A stretch of 64,000 bases of DNA from Hyphochytrium catenoides (taxonomy: Eukaryota > Protista > Hyphochytriomycota), in the NCBI GenBank assembly GCA_900088475.1, contig FLMG01002522.1, forward strand, positions 99,654 through 163,653, read 5' to 3'. The notes under the pieces are model-generated. The model was not told the origin of the DNA, did no database searches, and was given only the letters and a program-made list of their open reading frames with translations. Numbering within the stretch: the first letter of the stretch is position 1; each line of letters starts with the position of its first letter. Shown here piece by piece: positions 51,642 through 63,213 of this stretch. Made by a program: the position numbers and the translations under genes.

Positions 51642-53425
51642 ATGAGCGGAGTGTCCGTTCTTCAGCACTTCGAAGCCTACCAAAAGGCTCGCGTCACCTT
51701 TGTTCAAGCGGTGGCGGAAGCTGCAAGCAGACCACAGAACATTGAGGTTATGCAAAATGCAGGTGTCATGCAGCTGCTCCGGCCTCTGCTCCTAGACAAT
51801 GTAAGCTTCATCTCATGCCAAATTTTCTCTGCTATGTTCTGTTAAATCTCCGTCCAACCTGCTAGGTCCCAAGCATTCAACAATCAGCGGCTCTAGCTCT
51901 GGGCCGCCTAGCAAACTACAGCGACGATCTTGCTGAAGCGGTGGTTGGCAATGAGATTCTACCGCAGCTAGTTTACTCATTGGCAGAACAGAATGTAAGT
52001 GCTGTTTTACATAGCAATACAGAAAGGCCCTTCGGAGTCTAATGAACGGCGTATCCCTTCTTATCATTGCGGATCCCTGGCGCTGTATATATCTCGGACT
52101 CTACAGAATGTGAGTGACCGCGGCCCTGGCGTCGGTCTCTACAGCAATCAGTGGTGTCTAATGCAAGTGTCTATGTTTATTAGAGATTCTTTAAGAAGGC
52201 TGCAGCGTTCGTACTTCGGGCTGTGGCAAAGCATTCGCCTGAACTGGCTCAAGCTGTGGTAGACTCTGGAGCACTCGAAGCCCTTGTTCCTTGCCTGGAG
52301 GAGTTCGACCCCACGGTGAAGGAGTCTGCTGCGTGGGCTATCGGCTATATAGCTCAGCACAACGGAGAGTTAGCTCAGCACGTTGTTGATGCTGGGACTG
52401 TACCTCTTTTAGTTCTTTGTTTGCAAGAACCGGAAATCGCTCTGAAGCGCATTAGTGCCTCTTGTATGAGTGACATCGCTAAGCACTCCCCCGAGCTCGC
52501 TCAGTCTATTGTAGACGCTGGAGCAGTGTCCTACCTTGCCCCTCTCATTGTACATCCTGACGGAAAGCTGAAGCGGCAAGTGTGCTCGGCGTTGGCACAA
52601 ATTGCTAAGCACTCTGTCGACTTGGCCGAGATGGTGGTAGAAGCCGAGATTTTCCCGAACATGCTGACCTGTCTCAAGGACTCAGACCCACATGTCAGCA
52701 AAAACGCAGCCACTTGCATACGCGAAATCGCGAAGCACACTCCAGAGCTTGCCAAGCTCATTGTCAATGCTGGTGGTGCAGCTGCATTGGTGGACTTCGT
52801 TACAGAGGCAGAAGAGAGCACTAAGCTGCCTGGAATTATGGCATTAGGCTACATTGGTGCCTTTTCCGAGACCTTGGCCCTGGCCATCATTGTCTCTAAA
52901 GGCGTTGCTCCTTTGAAACAAGCTCTGATCAATGAAAAGGAAGACCATGTCAAGGCTGCTTCTGCGTGGTCTTTAGGACAGATCGGAAGGCACACTCCTG
53001 ATCATGCTCGCGCTTTAGCGGAGGCAGATGTATTACGACATCTTCTGGCTGCCATGAAGGACGAAGCCAGCAGTGAAGATCTGAAAACAAAGGCTAAGAG
53101 AGCGCTCAAAGCCGTTCTATCAAAGTGCACACACCTCCAAGCCCTACAACCTCTACTGAGAGAAGCTCCTCCTAAAGTCCAGAAGTACGTGCTCAAGCAG
53201 TTTGCAGCACTTCTGCCACAGGATTTGGAAGCGCGTCGGGCTTTCGTACAGAACGGAGGCCTTCAGTACCTTCAGGAGCTAGGAGAAACGGGTGGGGGCA
53301 AACTTGCAGAGTTCATTCAACAGATCAACAACTGCTATCCACCAGAGATCGTCCAGTACTACTCGCCCAACTACTCGAAGACTTTGCTGGACAAGATCGA
53401 CGAGTTTAAGCCTCAAGCCATCTAA
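51642..53425 (+). CDS. SPAG6: Sperm-associated antigen 6 / PF16, axonemal central apparatus ARM-repeat protein
   Basis: VLQHFEAYQKARVTFVQAVAEAASRPQNIEVMQNAGVMQLLRPLLLDN-VPSIQQSAALALGRLANY..EQN-RFFKKAAAFVLRAVAKHSPELAQAVV...INNCYPPEIVQYYSPNYSKTLL; two introns. Confidence 0.97.
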
Positions 53426-53748
53426 TCGATCCCAGAAGAGGGAGGGTACTTAGAGCCAAGCGGTCTCAAGTGAGCAAGACCGTGGATATAGCTATGTAGC
53501 TTTATGGAATGAGTGGAACTACGGGTGTATAATAAGGAACCAAATGAGTTAGCCATGATAGAGTTCCTCTTTGCTCCTCCTCTTCATCAATCGATCATTC
53601 CTCTGAGATATCGCTGTGAGACATCTCAGGCGCTGAAGGACGCACGGGGTTTGGGACACCTGAGGGCTGGTCACTCGACGTCTTCGACTATCTTCAAGCC
53701 ATGGTCCCGACCTACTTTCCTATTGTTTCTTATTATCATAAAGTTGCC

Positions 53749-54522
53749 TTACTTGTAAATGTCGATCTTCTTAGGCGGACCCTTCTTTTGCTCCTTCTTC
53801 CCACCTTGGGCCATTCTCTCAAACATGAGGATAATGCGAAGGACAGAAGAGGACTTGCCACACATCATTGTAAGGAACTCTTCATAGTCAATGGTCCCTG
53901 TGTTGGTAGAGTCCACTTGGGCGATCATCTTACGAAGCTCCAGTTGATTCTTAGGTGTCCCTAGCTTCTCCATAGCTCTGCCAAGCTCCATAATGTCAAT
54001 ATCCCCACTGCCATCCTCATCCATTTCCTCAAACTTCTTCTGATATTGAAGCAACGTTTCAGTGGTAATTTCATACTTGCCGCTTTCCAGGAACTTCTTG
54101 TTGATTAGCTCGAAGTGCTTGGATTGTTCCAGCTTCTTCTTTCCTTCCCGACTGAGATTTTTAGGATTGTTCTTGTTCTTTGCCTGTAGCCGGTAGTGCT
54201 CGACACAGAAACCCTCCTTCCAGATGTCCGTCTTGCAGTCTCCTGACTGACAGCCCGTCTTTGGAGGAGCAGTAATGCTGCTGCTAAGACGCTCCTGCTC
54301 TTTGATGGACGGACCTTCGGTGGTGTCCATGGCAGGGTCGAATTGTAGGGTGTGCGAGTGAAAGCACTCTTGACATTTCGTCTTCTTGAATGCGCCAGGT
54401 TTGAAGCTGTCGCACTTGCATGATGGATCCGAGCAGGCACCTACTACGGAGTTAAGGGTTTTGCTGAGTTCAGGCTGATTGTTATCAGCCCTTGGCGAAG
54501 ACAAGTGCATGAGATCTGCCAT
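53749..54522 (-). CDS. AIF1/Iba1-like EF-hand protein with two N-terminal Cys/His motifs; intronless
   Basis: The C-terminal half INKKFL..KKFEEMDEDGSGDIDIMELGRAMEKLGTPKNQLELRKMIAQVD..DYEEFLTMMCGKSSSVLRIILMFE..GPPKK closely follows allograft inflammatory factor 1. The N-terminus has CSDPSCKCDSFKPGAFKKTKCQECFHSH and CQSGDCKTDIWKEGFCVEH. Confidence 0.85.
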   Translation of the reverse strand: MADLMHLSSPRADNNQPELSKTLNSVVGACSDPSCKCDSFKPGAFKKTKCQECFHSHTLQFDPAMDTTEGPSIKEQERLSSSITAPPKTGCQSGDCKTDIWKEGFCVEHYRLQAKNKNNPKNLSREGKKKLEQSKHFELINKKFLESGKYEITTETLLQYQKKFEEMDEDGSGDIDIMELGRAMEKLGTPKNQLELRKMIAQVDSTNTGTIDYEEFLTMMCGKSSSVLRIILMFERMAQGGKKEQKKGPPKKIDIYK

Positions 54523-55108
54523 GGCTTTCTTACAACGTTTGGAGGTCGGATAATATCTTAATTGAGTGGATATGACCTGATAGGGAAAAGAATCCTAGCA
54601 GAGAGACACAAAAGCTAATGATGCTGTAGAAGCTGCGGGCCGGCGGCCATGCTGCTGACGCTCTTTGATTATAGCAACGAGGGTGGGATCACTATGGAGC
54701 CCTTGAACTCTACAACGCGCCTGATGCTACGCTGCTTTCTTTATGAGGCCCTCTAGAGAAGAGTGCAGTGAATAAAGGAGAGGGAGGGAAAGGATGGAGA
54801 TGAGCATGTGATGAGCCTGGGCACTCCAGTGCCTAGCAGAGAAAGGACAGTGATCTGCCAAGAGCTTATTGATGGACTGAGCTTGTACAGTGCTGTAACG
54901 CCCCGAGGGAGAAAGCAGACATAGCCGTTCACGAGACGTGGACACTACTCTGTAGTAACTGCAGATTTCTATCGTTTGATTAGTTCTTTCTTGATCTTCC
55001 TTATAATGTTGACATAGTCTGCAGTTCTCCTTCCGCCGTTTCCTTATATTCCCTGTTCAAGTCATTCTTTCCATGGCCATCCCGCCTGTGTAAACCTGCT
55101 TTCTTGCT

Positions 55109-56345
55109 TTAGTGTGAAGACATGAGAATCTTCTTAATCTCTCCAATCGCCTTCGCGGGGTTCAGATGCTTGGGGCAAGTCTTAGTGCAGTTCATGATAG
55201 TGTGGCACCGATAGAGTTTGTGAGAGTCGTCCACAAACTCAAGACGCTTCTTGGTTGCAGTGTCGCGAGAGTCTGCGATCCAGCGATATGCTTGCATGAG
55301 GACTAACAAACAAAAAGGCGCCGTCAGGGGTTTGCTCTAACCATCGAAGAAGAAAACTTTCGTACCTGCAGGTCCAAGGTACCTATCGGCCTGCCACCAG
55401 TACGATGGGCAGGAAGTTGAGCAGCAAGCACACAGGATGCACTCGTACATGCCATCTAGCTTCTTACGGTCCTCAACGCTCTGAGTAAAAAGGAATCTTC
55501 GTCAGACATACACCACGCCAAACATCACATTGACTTGAATTGCTCTCGGTGTTATACCTGATACCACTCCTTTCTCATATCCTTATCCACCTTCTTATCA
55601 GGATTGGGCTCAGCATGAAGCCAAGGCTCAATGGACTTGTATTGCTCATAGAAGTTGGTCATATCTAATGAGGATAGGTAAAGCCATTAAACCCACAAAC
55701 GACAGGTAGGACACGGGACGCACCAAAACTCACCAGGCACCAAATCTCTCACCACATACATATGTGGAAGAGGATGGATCTTCGTAGCATCTCCTTTGGA
55801 GTCACTAATGTAGGCAAGGCATGCCAGTGTATTGTTCCCATCAATGTTCATAGCGCATGACCCACAGATACCCTCGCGGCAAGACCTGATACGCTAACAT
55901 GAATACATGGTAGCCCAGAAACATATAATGCGCCGTACCTTCTAAACGTCAGAGTTGGGTCTTGCTCATTCTTGATTTTGATAAGCGCGTCCAGTACCAT
56001 TGGGCCACACCTGTAGCACTTTCGTAAGAGAGTGCCCGTCTTCAGATGTTATTTCGAGCACCAACTTACTCATCTAAGTTCACAGGGTATGTGCTATAGT
56101 AAGGCTTCTCTTTCGTCTCAGGGTTCCACCGGTAGACCTTGAAGTTTCTTATGCCCTTCTGGCCCTGAAAGACACATCAAAGGCTCACTAAATAAGTGAT
56201 AGATCATAGAAGCGCACGACATTCAACTAACCTGCTTGACGGGTACCTTCTGACTAGGGCCAGAAGCCATAGTCCGTACGATGACAACAGGCTCAATGAG
56301 CGCACCCCATTGGGCACGGATGCCGGCCTTTGCAAGAGTATTCAT
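55109..56345 (-). CDS. SDHB: Succinate dehydrogenase iron-sulfur subunit, mitochondrial
   Basis: Presequence-like [13 protein letters not shown], then [69 protein letters not shown] and [20 protein letters not shown]. Confidence 0.97.
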
Positions 56346-57163
56346 TGTCTTGTGTGTACTTCCTCAAGACGCGTCTGACTGCGTTAGGTCGAGACTGAAA
56401 CTGAAGCTCTGATGTCTGCTGACAGTCAGAAAGGCCCGACGAAGTTCATCGCCAAGCTCATCAACAAAGAAAAGAGTGACGAACACGATTGTCTCTCTCT
56501 TGCCACACAGGCGGCACTGCGGAGCAGCAGCAACACCCAGAACCATCTAAACCACCATAAATCGCCCAAACGGCCTCTTGTAATAAAACCCCTTCACCAT
56601 ACTCGCAGCTGTCCAAAGAGAATATTCCGAGATCGCCCTTTCGGTGGCCTCGTTTCTGCGCACAGGGGTTTATATTGACTTGTGTAGGCAGACAGAAGGC
56701 GAAATAATTCCCTGAAAGAAATATAGCTTTCTTGAAACCTATAACGAAACTTTAGCGGTGATGTCTGCTGATGGAGCTTTGGGACAGCTCTGGATACTCT
56801 TCCACAGAAAGACAGACAGAGCGCCAAGCAGCAGATGCAGCAGCTCATAACAGACTTTCTCAGATGAAGATCTCGATGATATGCAGAGTCTATATTGGCT
56901 GCTCGTAAGAGGCTTCAGAGCTTTCTCTTCATTGGAATCCCAAAGTTTATATGAGAGAGGCAGCTAGGGGGGTTGGGGGTTATTAGCACTGAACCGATCT
57001 TCGCGAGTAGCGCTTGTGTGAACGACTTTCTTATTGGGAGGCATGACAGGCGAAGACCTTTTCGCAATCTGACCTTATATCCTTTGAGATAGCGTAGGCT
57101 ATTCTGCTGATCGTAATACCTATTTTTCGTAGCGACCACCCCTTTCCCTCTATACATTCAATC

Positions 57164-59282
57164 ATGTGAGTATGTCCTCCGATCACGCACTCATTATGGT
57201 GTTCTTAGAATCCTGTCTCTCCCGCCTTCATAGGTCAGCAACGGGCGCTGCGGGTAGTCAAGGTTATGCTGCTCTGAGGCTTGATGAAAGCCCTGCTGCG
57301 AGAGCTACTGCAGACACGGAGGTACAAAGACAACTTTCTCCGCGGCAAACGAGACGATTCTCGGATGAAGATATGGACCTGAGAGAGATGGAAGACGTTG
57401 CACTTCACGACTCTGATCTTAGACAGCACATTGGCGTCATTGGCCTGGTGCATCGCCCTCAAGCAGTCACATCTGGCTCAGCTATATCATTACTTCGGCC
57501 AATCACCTACAGGGATAGAAGATTCTTCATTGGATTTGTCTTTCAGTTAGTCTTCACTCTCATATTCGTCCTTCAAGAATATGAGGATGAGGATGAGCTT
57601 CAGACAGTGGAGACGCTCATCCGTATCTTTCTAGTGCTGGCAATGCTTTACGGCGGTGCCTGGCTGACCATCTTTCTTCTGGGCTTGAAGCAGAAGTTCG
57701 TCTGGCTTTCGCATGGATTGTCGATGGCTGCCATGTCTCTTTTGGGCATCATCATGCTGTTCACCTTTCCGCTCATGGCATGTATCTTCTTCTACATCGT
57801 TTTTCAAGACATACTCTGGGCATTATCTTCGCGAAGCCGCTTTGACTTCGTCGGTACCCTGCTAGATATGGTATCGGTTATCATACAGCAGAACCCTGCC
57901 GTCATAGTAGTAACAGGAGCCGCCCTGCTACTCCAAACAGCGTGGCTGGTCTTGTGGACAGAGGTGGTGCTAGAGTATCTCTCAGAGGGAAGTCTCTTCT
58001 CTTTCTTCATCTTTGTCATGCTCTTCCACTTCTATTGGACCTCTAACGTTTTCAAAGGAATTGTCACCTTTGTAGTTTCCGGAGTGGTGATGGTGTGGTT
58101 CTATGACCAGGTAATGAACTCTTCTTGTGACTCACCGGAGTGGCCACACTCTCTCCGTTATCGCTAAAAGTTACACTCTTTACCTCGTGTCACTGCTTTG
58201 TTCGTAGTCTTCCATCCTTAGCATCTGGCGTTGACGTTGCCTTACGTTCCTCCAAGGGCACGTACTGAGACTTCGCGAAAGCGAACTTTTGTTGCATCAC
58301 TTCTTAACTAAGCGGACTTTCTCCTTGCTTGGTCTAATCGATTGGTTGATCTTTGTCCAGCCTGATCCCGACGATTCCAAGAGCCGATCAAAGTCCATTT
58401 CGGGTACCAAGTCGCAGCGTGAAATTGTTCTTCACTTCCTAGAGAATGCGCTCTCCACATCTTTTGGCACTGTGTGTCATTCGTCCCTCCTGTCACCACC
58501 TGCCCATCTTTTATGGAGAGGCCTGCGTGCCTCCAGGCGCTGGTCTTCCAGTTCTGCTATGAAGAAGCTCCTAGAGGGCCCGATGGTCCAGCGCTTTATC
58601 AGCCGATATCATAAGTACAGCGTGGCCCATATCGCAGGCTATAACAAGGCGTTCAGAGTGGCTGCTTCAGATTCTTGGGCCCTAATAAGAGAGAGAGGTG
58701 TCGAGTCTATTATTGATGACGACCTCTCTGGCAAGATTCTGCAGCTGGGAGTACAGAGTGGAGCAGGCCTCTTCTCTGTCATGTTCTATTTGCTCTGCCC
58801 ACAGAGTACCATGCGGTCTTCTTTCGCGCTGCTTTACTTCTTTGCTGCCTACTCTACCATCTCCCTGACGACTCAGTTGGTCTCGGTAAGCCCTCCTACT
58901 ACTTCCCTATTAAGATGACGACTAGACTCTGCCACTGAGAATTTACTTCTGCAAGTGAAAAGCAACTTCTCATCCTTCCGAGGTTTAGTTACTTTTAACT
59001 CTCTATGTCTCTGCTTTATGTTCCCCATGACGCAGCTGAAGCAGACCAATCCCCGTGCTATCTTTCCCTCTCACTTTTCTTGCTTTCCGCTGACCCGACC
59101 ATTTGTGGTTGCAGGCTACTGTCAAGACACTGTTTGTCTGCTTTGCCGAGAATCCGGGGCGTCTAAGCCAGCTCAATCCACTTATTTATCACAGGCTAGT
59201 CAGAATGTCAGAGTTGCGCAACTATAAGGACAGTAGCAGGGCAGTGGACCTTGGAGAGACTGATATTCATGCTGACAGATAG
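57164..59282 (+). CDS. Choline transporter-like (CTL/SLC44/PNS1) family membrane protein
   Basis: YRDRRFFIGF, multiple TMs, FYWTSNVFKGIVTFVVSGVVMVWF, ALSTSFGTVCHSSLL, HIAGYNKAFRVAASDSWALIRERGVESIIDDDL and TLFVCFAENP. Exons 57234-58110, 58341-58885 and 59115-59282, with a probable upstream exon ending in AT. Confidence 0.85.
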
Positions 59283-59360
59283 ACCTCGCCAAATAACTAA
59301 AAAAGAGAGAGAGATGAAGATGAAAGTGATGCAGAGCCTTAAAGAAGGTGGACGGACGCA

Positions 59361-61572
59361 TTAAGTTAAGACTGAAGCCTCTGGTTGTGAAAGCTCCTCG
59401 AAGCCCAAAATGTTCTCTGCAAATATCTTGGCAGTAACTTCGAAGTCGTCATCAAGCTTCTCGTCGCCGATCAGGAAGTTGAAGCATCGCTGCAGCTCCT
59501 CAGGAGTGAACTTCTCGCCCTAAGTGCAACGAGTGTTAAGCTCTTATGGCTTTCCCTATTTACGGGTCAATCCTAACAGCTCTTTTTTCTTCCTCATCTT
59601 CTCAGTTCCTTGTCCACATCGTGTCTAGTCCGTTCCCTTCACTCTCTTACTGTGAGTCTTAGCTAGTAAATGAACTTGGCTGGTATCGTTCCCTGTATGC
59701 TCCTTGCTATCGTCTGGTCCAGTCCTCTGCCTTTCATCTCTGCGACGCTCTCGCAGCTAATTTCTCTCACTCTGTAAAGGTCCCTTCACTGGTCCAGTGT
59801 TCTCTCTCTATCTTATCTCTCTATCTCTACCTCTCTCTCTATCTCTGCCATCTCCCTCTCCGACTGCCTCTTCGGGGTGAGATAGTTGGCCGTAGGTACC
59901 TCTGTCAATAGCATCTTTCTCAGCTGCTGCCACGTTTGCTTCCCTTCTCCCAGGATCTGAAAAGCCTCTTGAATGTCTTCAGTGGTGATTCCGTAGGCGG
60001 GTCGGTGGTTGACGTAGAGCCTAATAAAAGACTGGATATCGATGCTCTCGGTGAAGCCCACATCTATCCTCCGCAGCATGAAGAGCAACAGATAGAGTTA
60101 AGAGTTAGGAAGTGCCAGACAGGGAGAGGAGCTCTGCCTTAGACACGGGAGCTGTGCGTGAGCCAAAGGCTCCTATGTGGCTGTATCATTGAGAGGGAGA
60201 GAGAGAGAAGTGTGTCTCACCCTTCATCTCATTCATAATGTGAGACAGCTCCAACTCTGACGGGTAGACACCTACAGCTCTTAGGGCCCACGGGACCTCA
60301 GCAAGAGTGATCCGTCCCGTTACCTTCCTCTCTTCTCTGGTCCCCTCTCCCTGTGCCCTCAGCTGACAGTAATAGAAGAAGTCGATGAGCTCCTCGTAGA
60401 GTTCTCCACCTATTCCTCCTTCGAAAACGTTCAGATAAGGCCGAATTGCACTCTCTGGCTCCTCTTCCTGCCGCTCCAGGACCTCCGTGGACTGAGAGTG
60501 GAACCAAAAGGCAGGATTAGGCATTGACAGATAGAAAGAGGGGCGAGACAGTCAGCGACCTGTGCTCAGCTAAAAGAACAGCGGCCAGCGCAGTCTGAGG
60601 TCTGTGTCGTCCAATGAGGACGGGAAAGGGGAGAGGGAAATAAGAGAGAGAATGAGCTCTCCTACCACTTTCCAAAGGCTTATCGAGAGGTCGTTCCCTC
60701 CCGCGGTGACTATGAACTTCCCGTCTCCCGTGACTGACAGATCAGAGATGAGCCCGGGGTGGGCAATGAGACCCAAACTCCGGCAAGGATTGCCATCCAG
60801 AGGGAGGAGAAGAAGACCGACGATGCCATCACGAGTGGAGAATACACAGTGACGTTTGGCGCCCTTGTAAGGGAAGAAGTGTGAGGCGCAGAAGAGAGAG
60901 AAAAGAAATTGAGAGGGAGAGAGACCGAAGAGAGAAGAGACGAAGCGAGAGGGAAGAGACGAAGCGAGAGGAAGAGAGCAAGAAAAACCCAAATAGAAAG
61001 GGACAAAGGATTAGCAGTCCAGCTAGACATACAACCCAGGACTAAGACCAGTCAAGACTGTTAGAGCAGAAAACAAAGACAGGGTTAAGAAGGAAGGGGA
61101 GAAAGACTAATTAAAAGAGAACAGGAGCCCTACCTCTTCGCTCTCTCGGCTTTTCAGCTCTATTAACCTATTCGGCGGACCTCCAAACATCGGGGCGAGC
61201 GACGTCCTGAGGCAAAGGCGCTTTTCCGGTTGCCAGACCCTCAACTTGTACTCATCCGTAGCCACTGTGAGCCCACAAGGAAGCGAAGACGGGGAAGAAG
61301 AAGGCTCAGGTGACTCCTGAGATGGGGGAAGCCAAACGCAAGCTGTGGGCGTAGCGCTCTGCGGAGGCGGCATAAAGATTCGGCGGTGATGAGATGATGA
61401 CGAGAGCAAAAGAGAGAGAAAAGGCAGATGCAGAGAGGGAAACAGAGAGAGTCAACATGAGGAACACAACCCCATTAGTGTGCTCTTCATTGAGCGAAGA
61501 GCAAGGAACGTTGAAACAGAGAGTGAGCTTTCTAAGGGCTAACATGTCGACAGAGTGAGAGTGAGAGAGAGT

Positions 61573-61636
<64 letters not shown>

Positions 61637-61942
61637 GGAGAGGTTGAATCTAATGAGGCAGGCAGCTAGGGAACAAACGGCATAAAGTCAAGCCGACGCC
61701 GACGCTCAACGCAGGGATCATAAGCTTGCTGCAGTGATGCTGATGAGAAGGGTAAAGTGGACAAGAGTCAGAGCACACGATAGATATTCTCGAGGTGACC
61801 TGTTCTATTCTGATAGGCTCAGTCTTCAGTACGATTCCAGTCGACACTGAGCAGCGAGGAAGATCATACTCGACCATCGTCCTGTCCTCAGCAACAGAGA
61901 AGAGAAGGGGCTGTCTTTCAACATTCATACCGAACTCAAGCC
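59361..61942 (-). CDS. CFAP251: CFAP251/WDR66 (WD40 plus EF-hand-like; axonemal radial spoke/CSC component), 3' half only
   Basis: LFSVAEDRTMVEYDL, VATDEYKLRVW..CLRTSLAPMFGGP, VGLLLLPLDGNPCRSLGLIAHPG, EGGIGGELYEELIDFFYYCQLRAQG..WALRAVGVYPSE, FIRLYVNHRPAYG and GEKFTPEEL..FAENILGF. Upstream exons were not found inside the window. Confidence 0.9.
61553..61633. repeat. Compound (GT)n(GA)n microsatellite in a CFAP251 intron
   Basis: Seen directly. Confidence 0.95.
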
Positions 61943-62239
61943 CTGAGAAGACAGTCACAGCAGAGAGAGGCGCAAGTGAGACAAAGGAGAGAGAGAGATC
62001 CATGGTTTCGGCGACTCCCCTCTCGAAGTCTTCTACTGACGGCCAATGTTGGTGGCTAGCAGCAGCCGTCTCTTACTTCTACTTACCCTTCCACTGTTTC
62101 TGTCCATGCACAAGCCCTCCGCTACCCTCATGCATCTCAGTATCTTTCTTTCGCTCTTTCAGTTATCTCGCTACAAAAAGAGCGTCCTCTAGTATCATAG
62201 TCCTGCTTCTCTACTCAGCCTCTTTCGCGCACCTGTTTC

Positions 62240-62242
<3 letters not shown>

Positions 62243-62290
<48 letters not shown>

Positions 62291-62407
62291 CGCTCTCTCT
62301 CTCGCTCTCGCTCTCTCTCTCTCTTGCTCTTATTTCGGTCTCTTTCTCTTTTCTTTTCTCCCCCTCTCTCCTCTCTCCCTCTCGCTTCCCTCCCTTTCTC
62401 TCTCTTT

Positions 62408-62449
<42 letters not shown>

Positions 62450-62517
62450 TCCCTTTTCTCTCTTTTCCCTCTCTACCTATCTCTGTCCGTGTCTCTCTCG
62501 CTCCTCTCTCTCTCTCT
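62243..62517. repeat. (CT)n microsatellite / polypyrimidine tract
   Basis: Seen directly. Confidence 0.95.
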
Positions 62518-62804
62518 GTGGGTAGGTCTCTGTCTGAGAGGTCTGTGGTGCTGGTCTTTGGCTGTGATTAGAAAAGACAGGCGGAAGAGAGAAGGAGCCC
62601 AGTAAGAGGCTAGCGAACAGACTGATTAGACTTTCTCTCGTCCTCTATCGGCGTCTCTCCCTCGTCTTTTCACCGAAGGCAAAGCGCTCTGTCGCCCTTC
62701 TTCTCTCTTCTCTCTCTTCCTGAGGCTTTGTCTCCAAGCTGTGGTTCCTTCTCCTCCTTTCCGGCCGCTCCCTGATGTCTCATCACGATGCGTGGCTCCT
62801 GATA

Positions 62805-62975
62805 AAGAGAGAAATAGAGACGGAGAGAGGAGCAAAAGAGAGGGAAAGAGACAAGAATGAAGGAGAGAGAGATAGAGACAGAAGAGAGGGTAAAAGAGAG
62901 AGGGACTGAGATCCTCGGAGAGAAATAGCGAGGGAGAAAAGCAACACATGTAAACAGAGAGAAGGAAGTGGAGAC

Positions 62976-63019
<44 letters not shown>

Positions 63020-63148
63020 AGAGAAAACGAGAGAGAGAGAGAAAGAGAAGAGGGAGACAGAGGGAAAAAGAGAAGACAGAGAGAGAGAAAGAGAAGTGGG
63101 AGGCAGAGAGAGACACAGAGAGAGATACAAAGAGAGAAAGAGAGAGAG

Positions 63149-63210
<62 letters not shown>
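62805..63210. repeat. (GA)n microsatellite / polypurine tract
   Basis: Seen directly. Confidence 0.95.
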
Positions 63211-63213
<3 letters not shown>

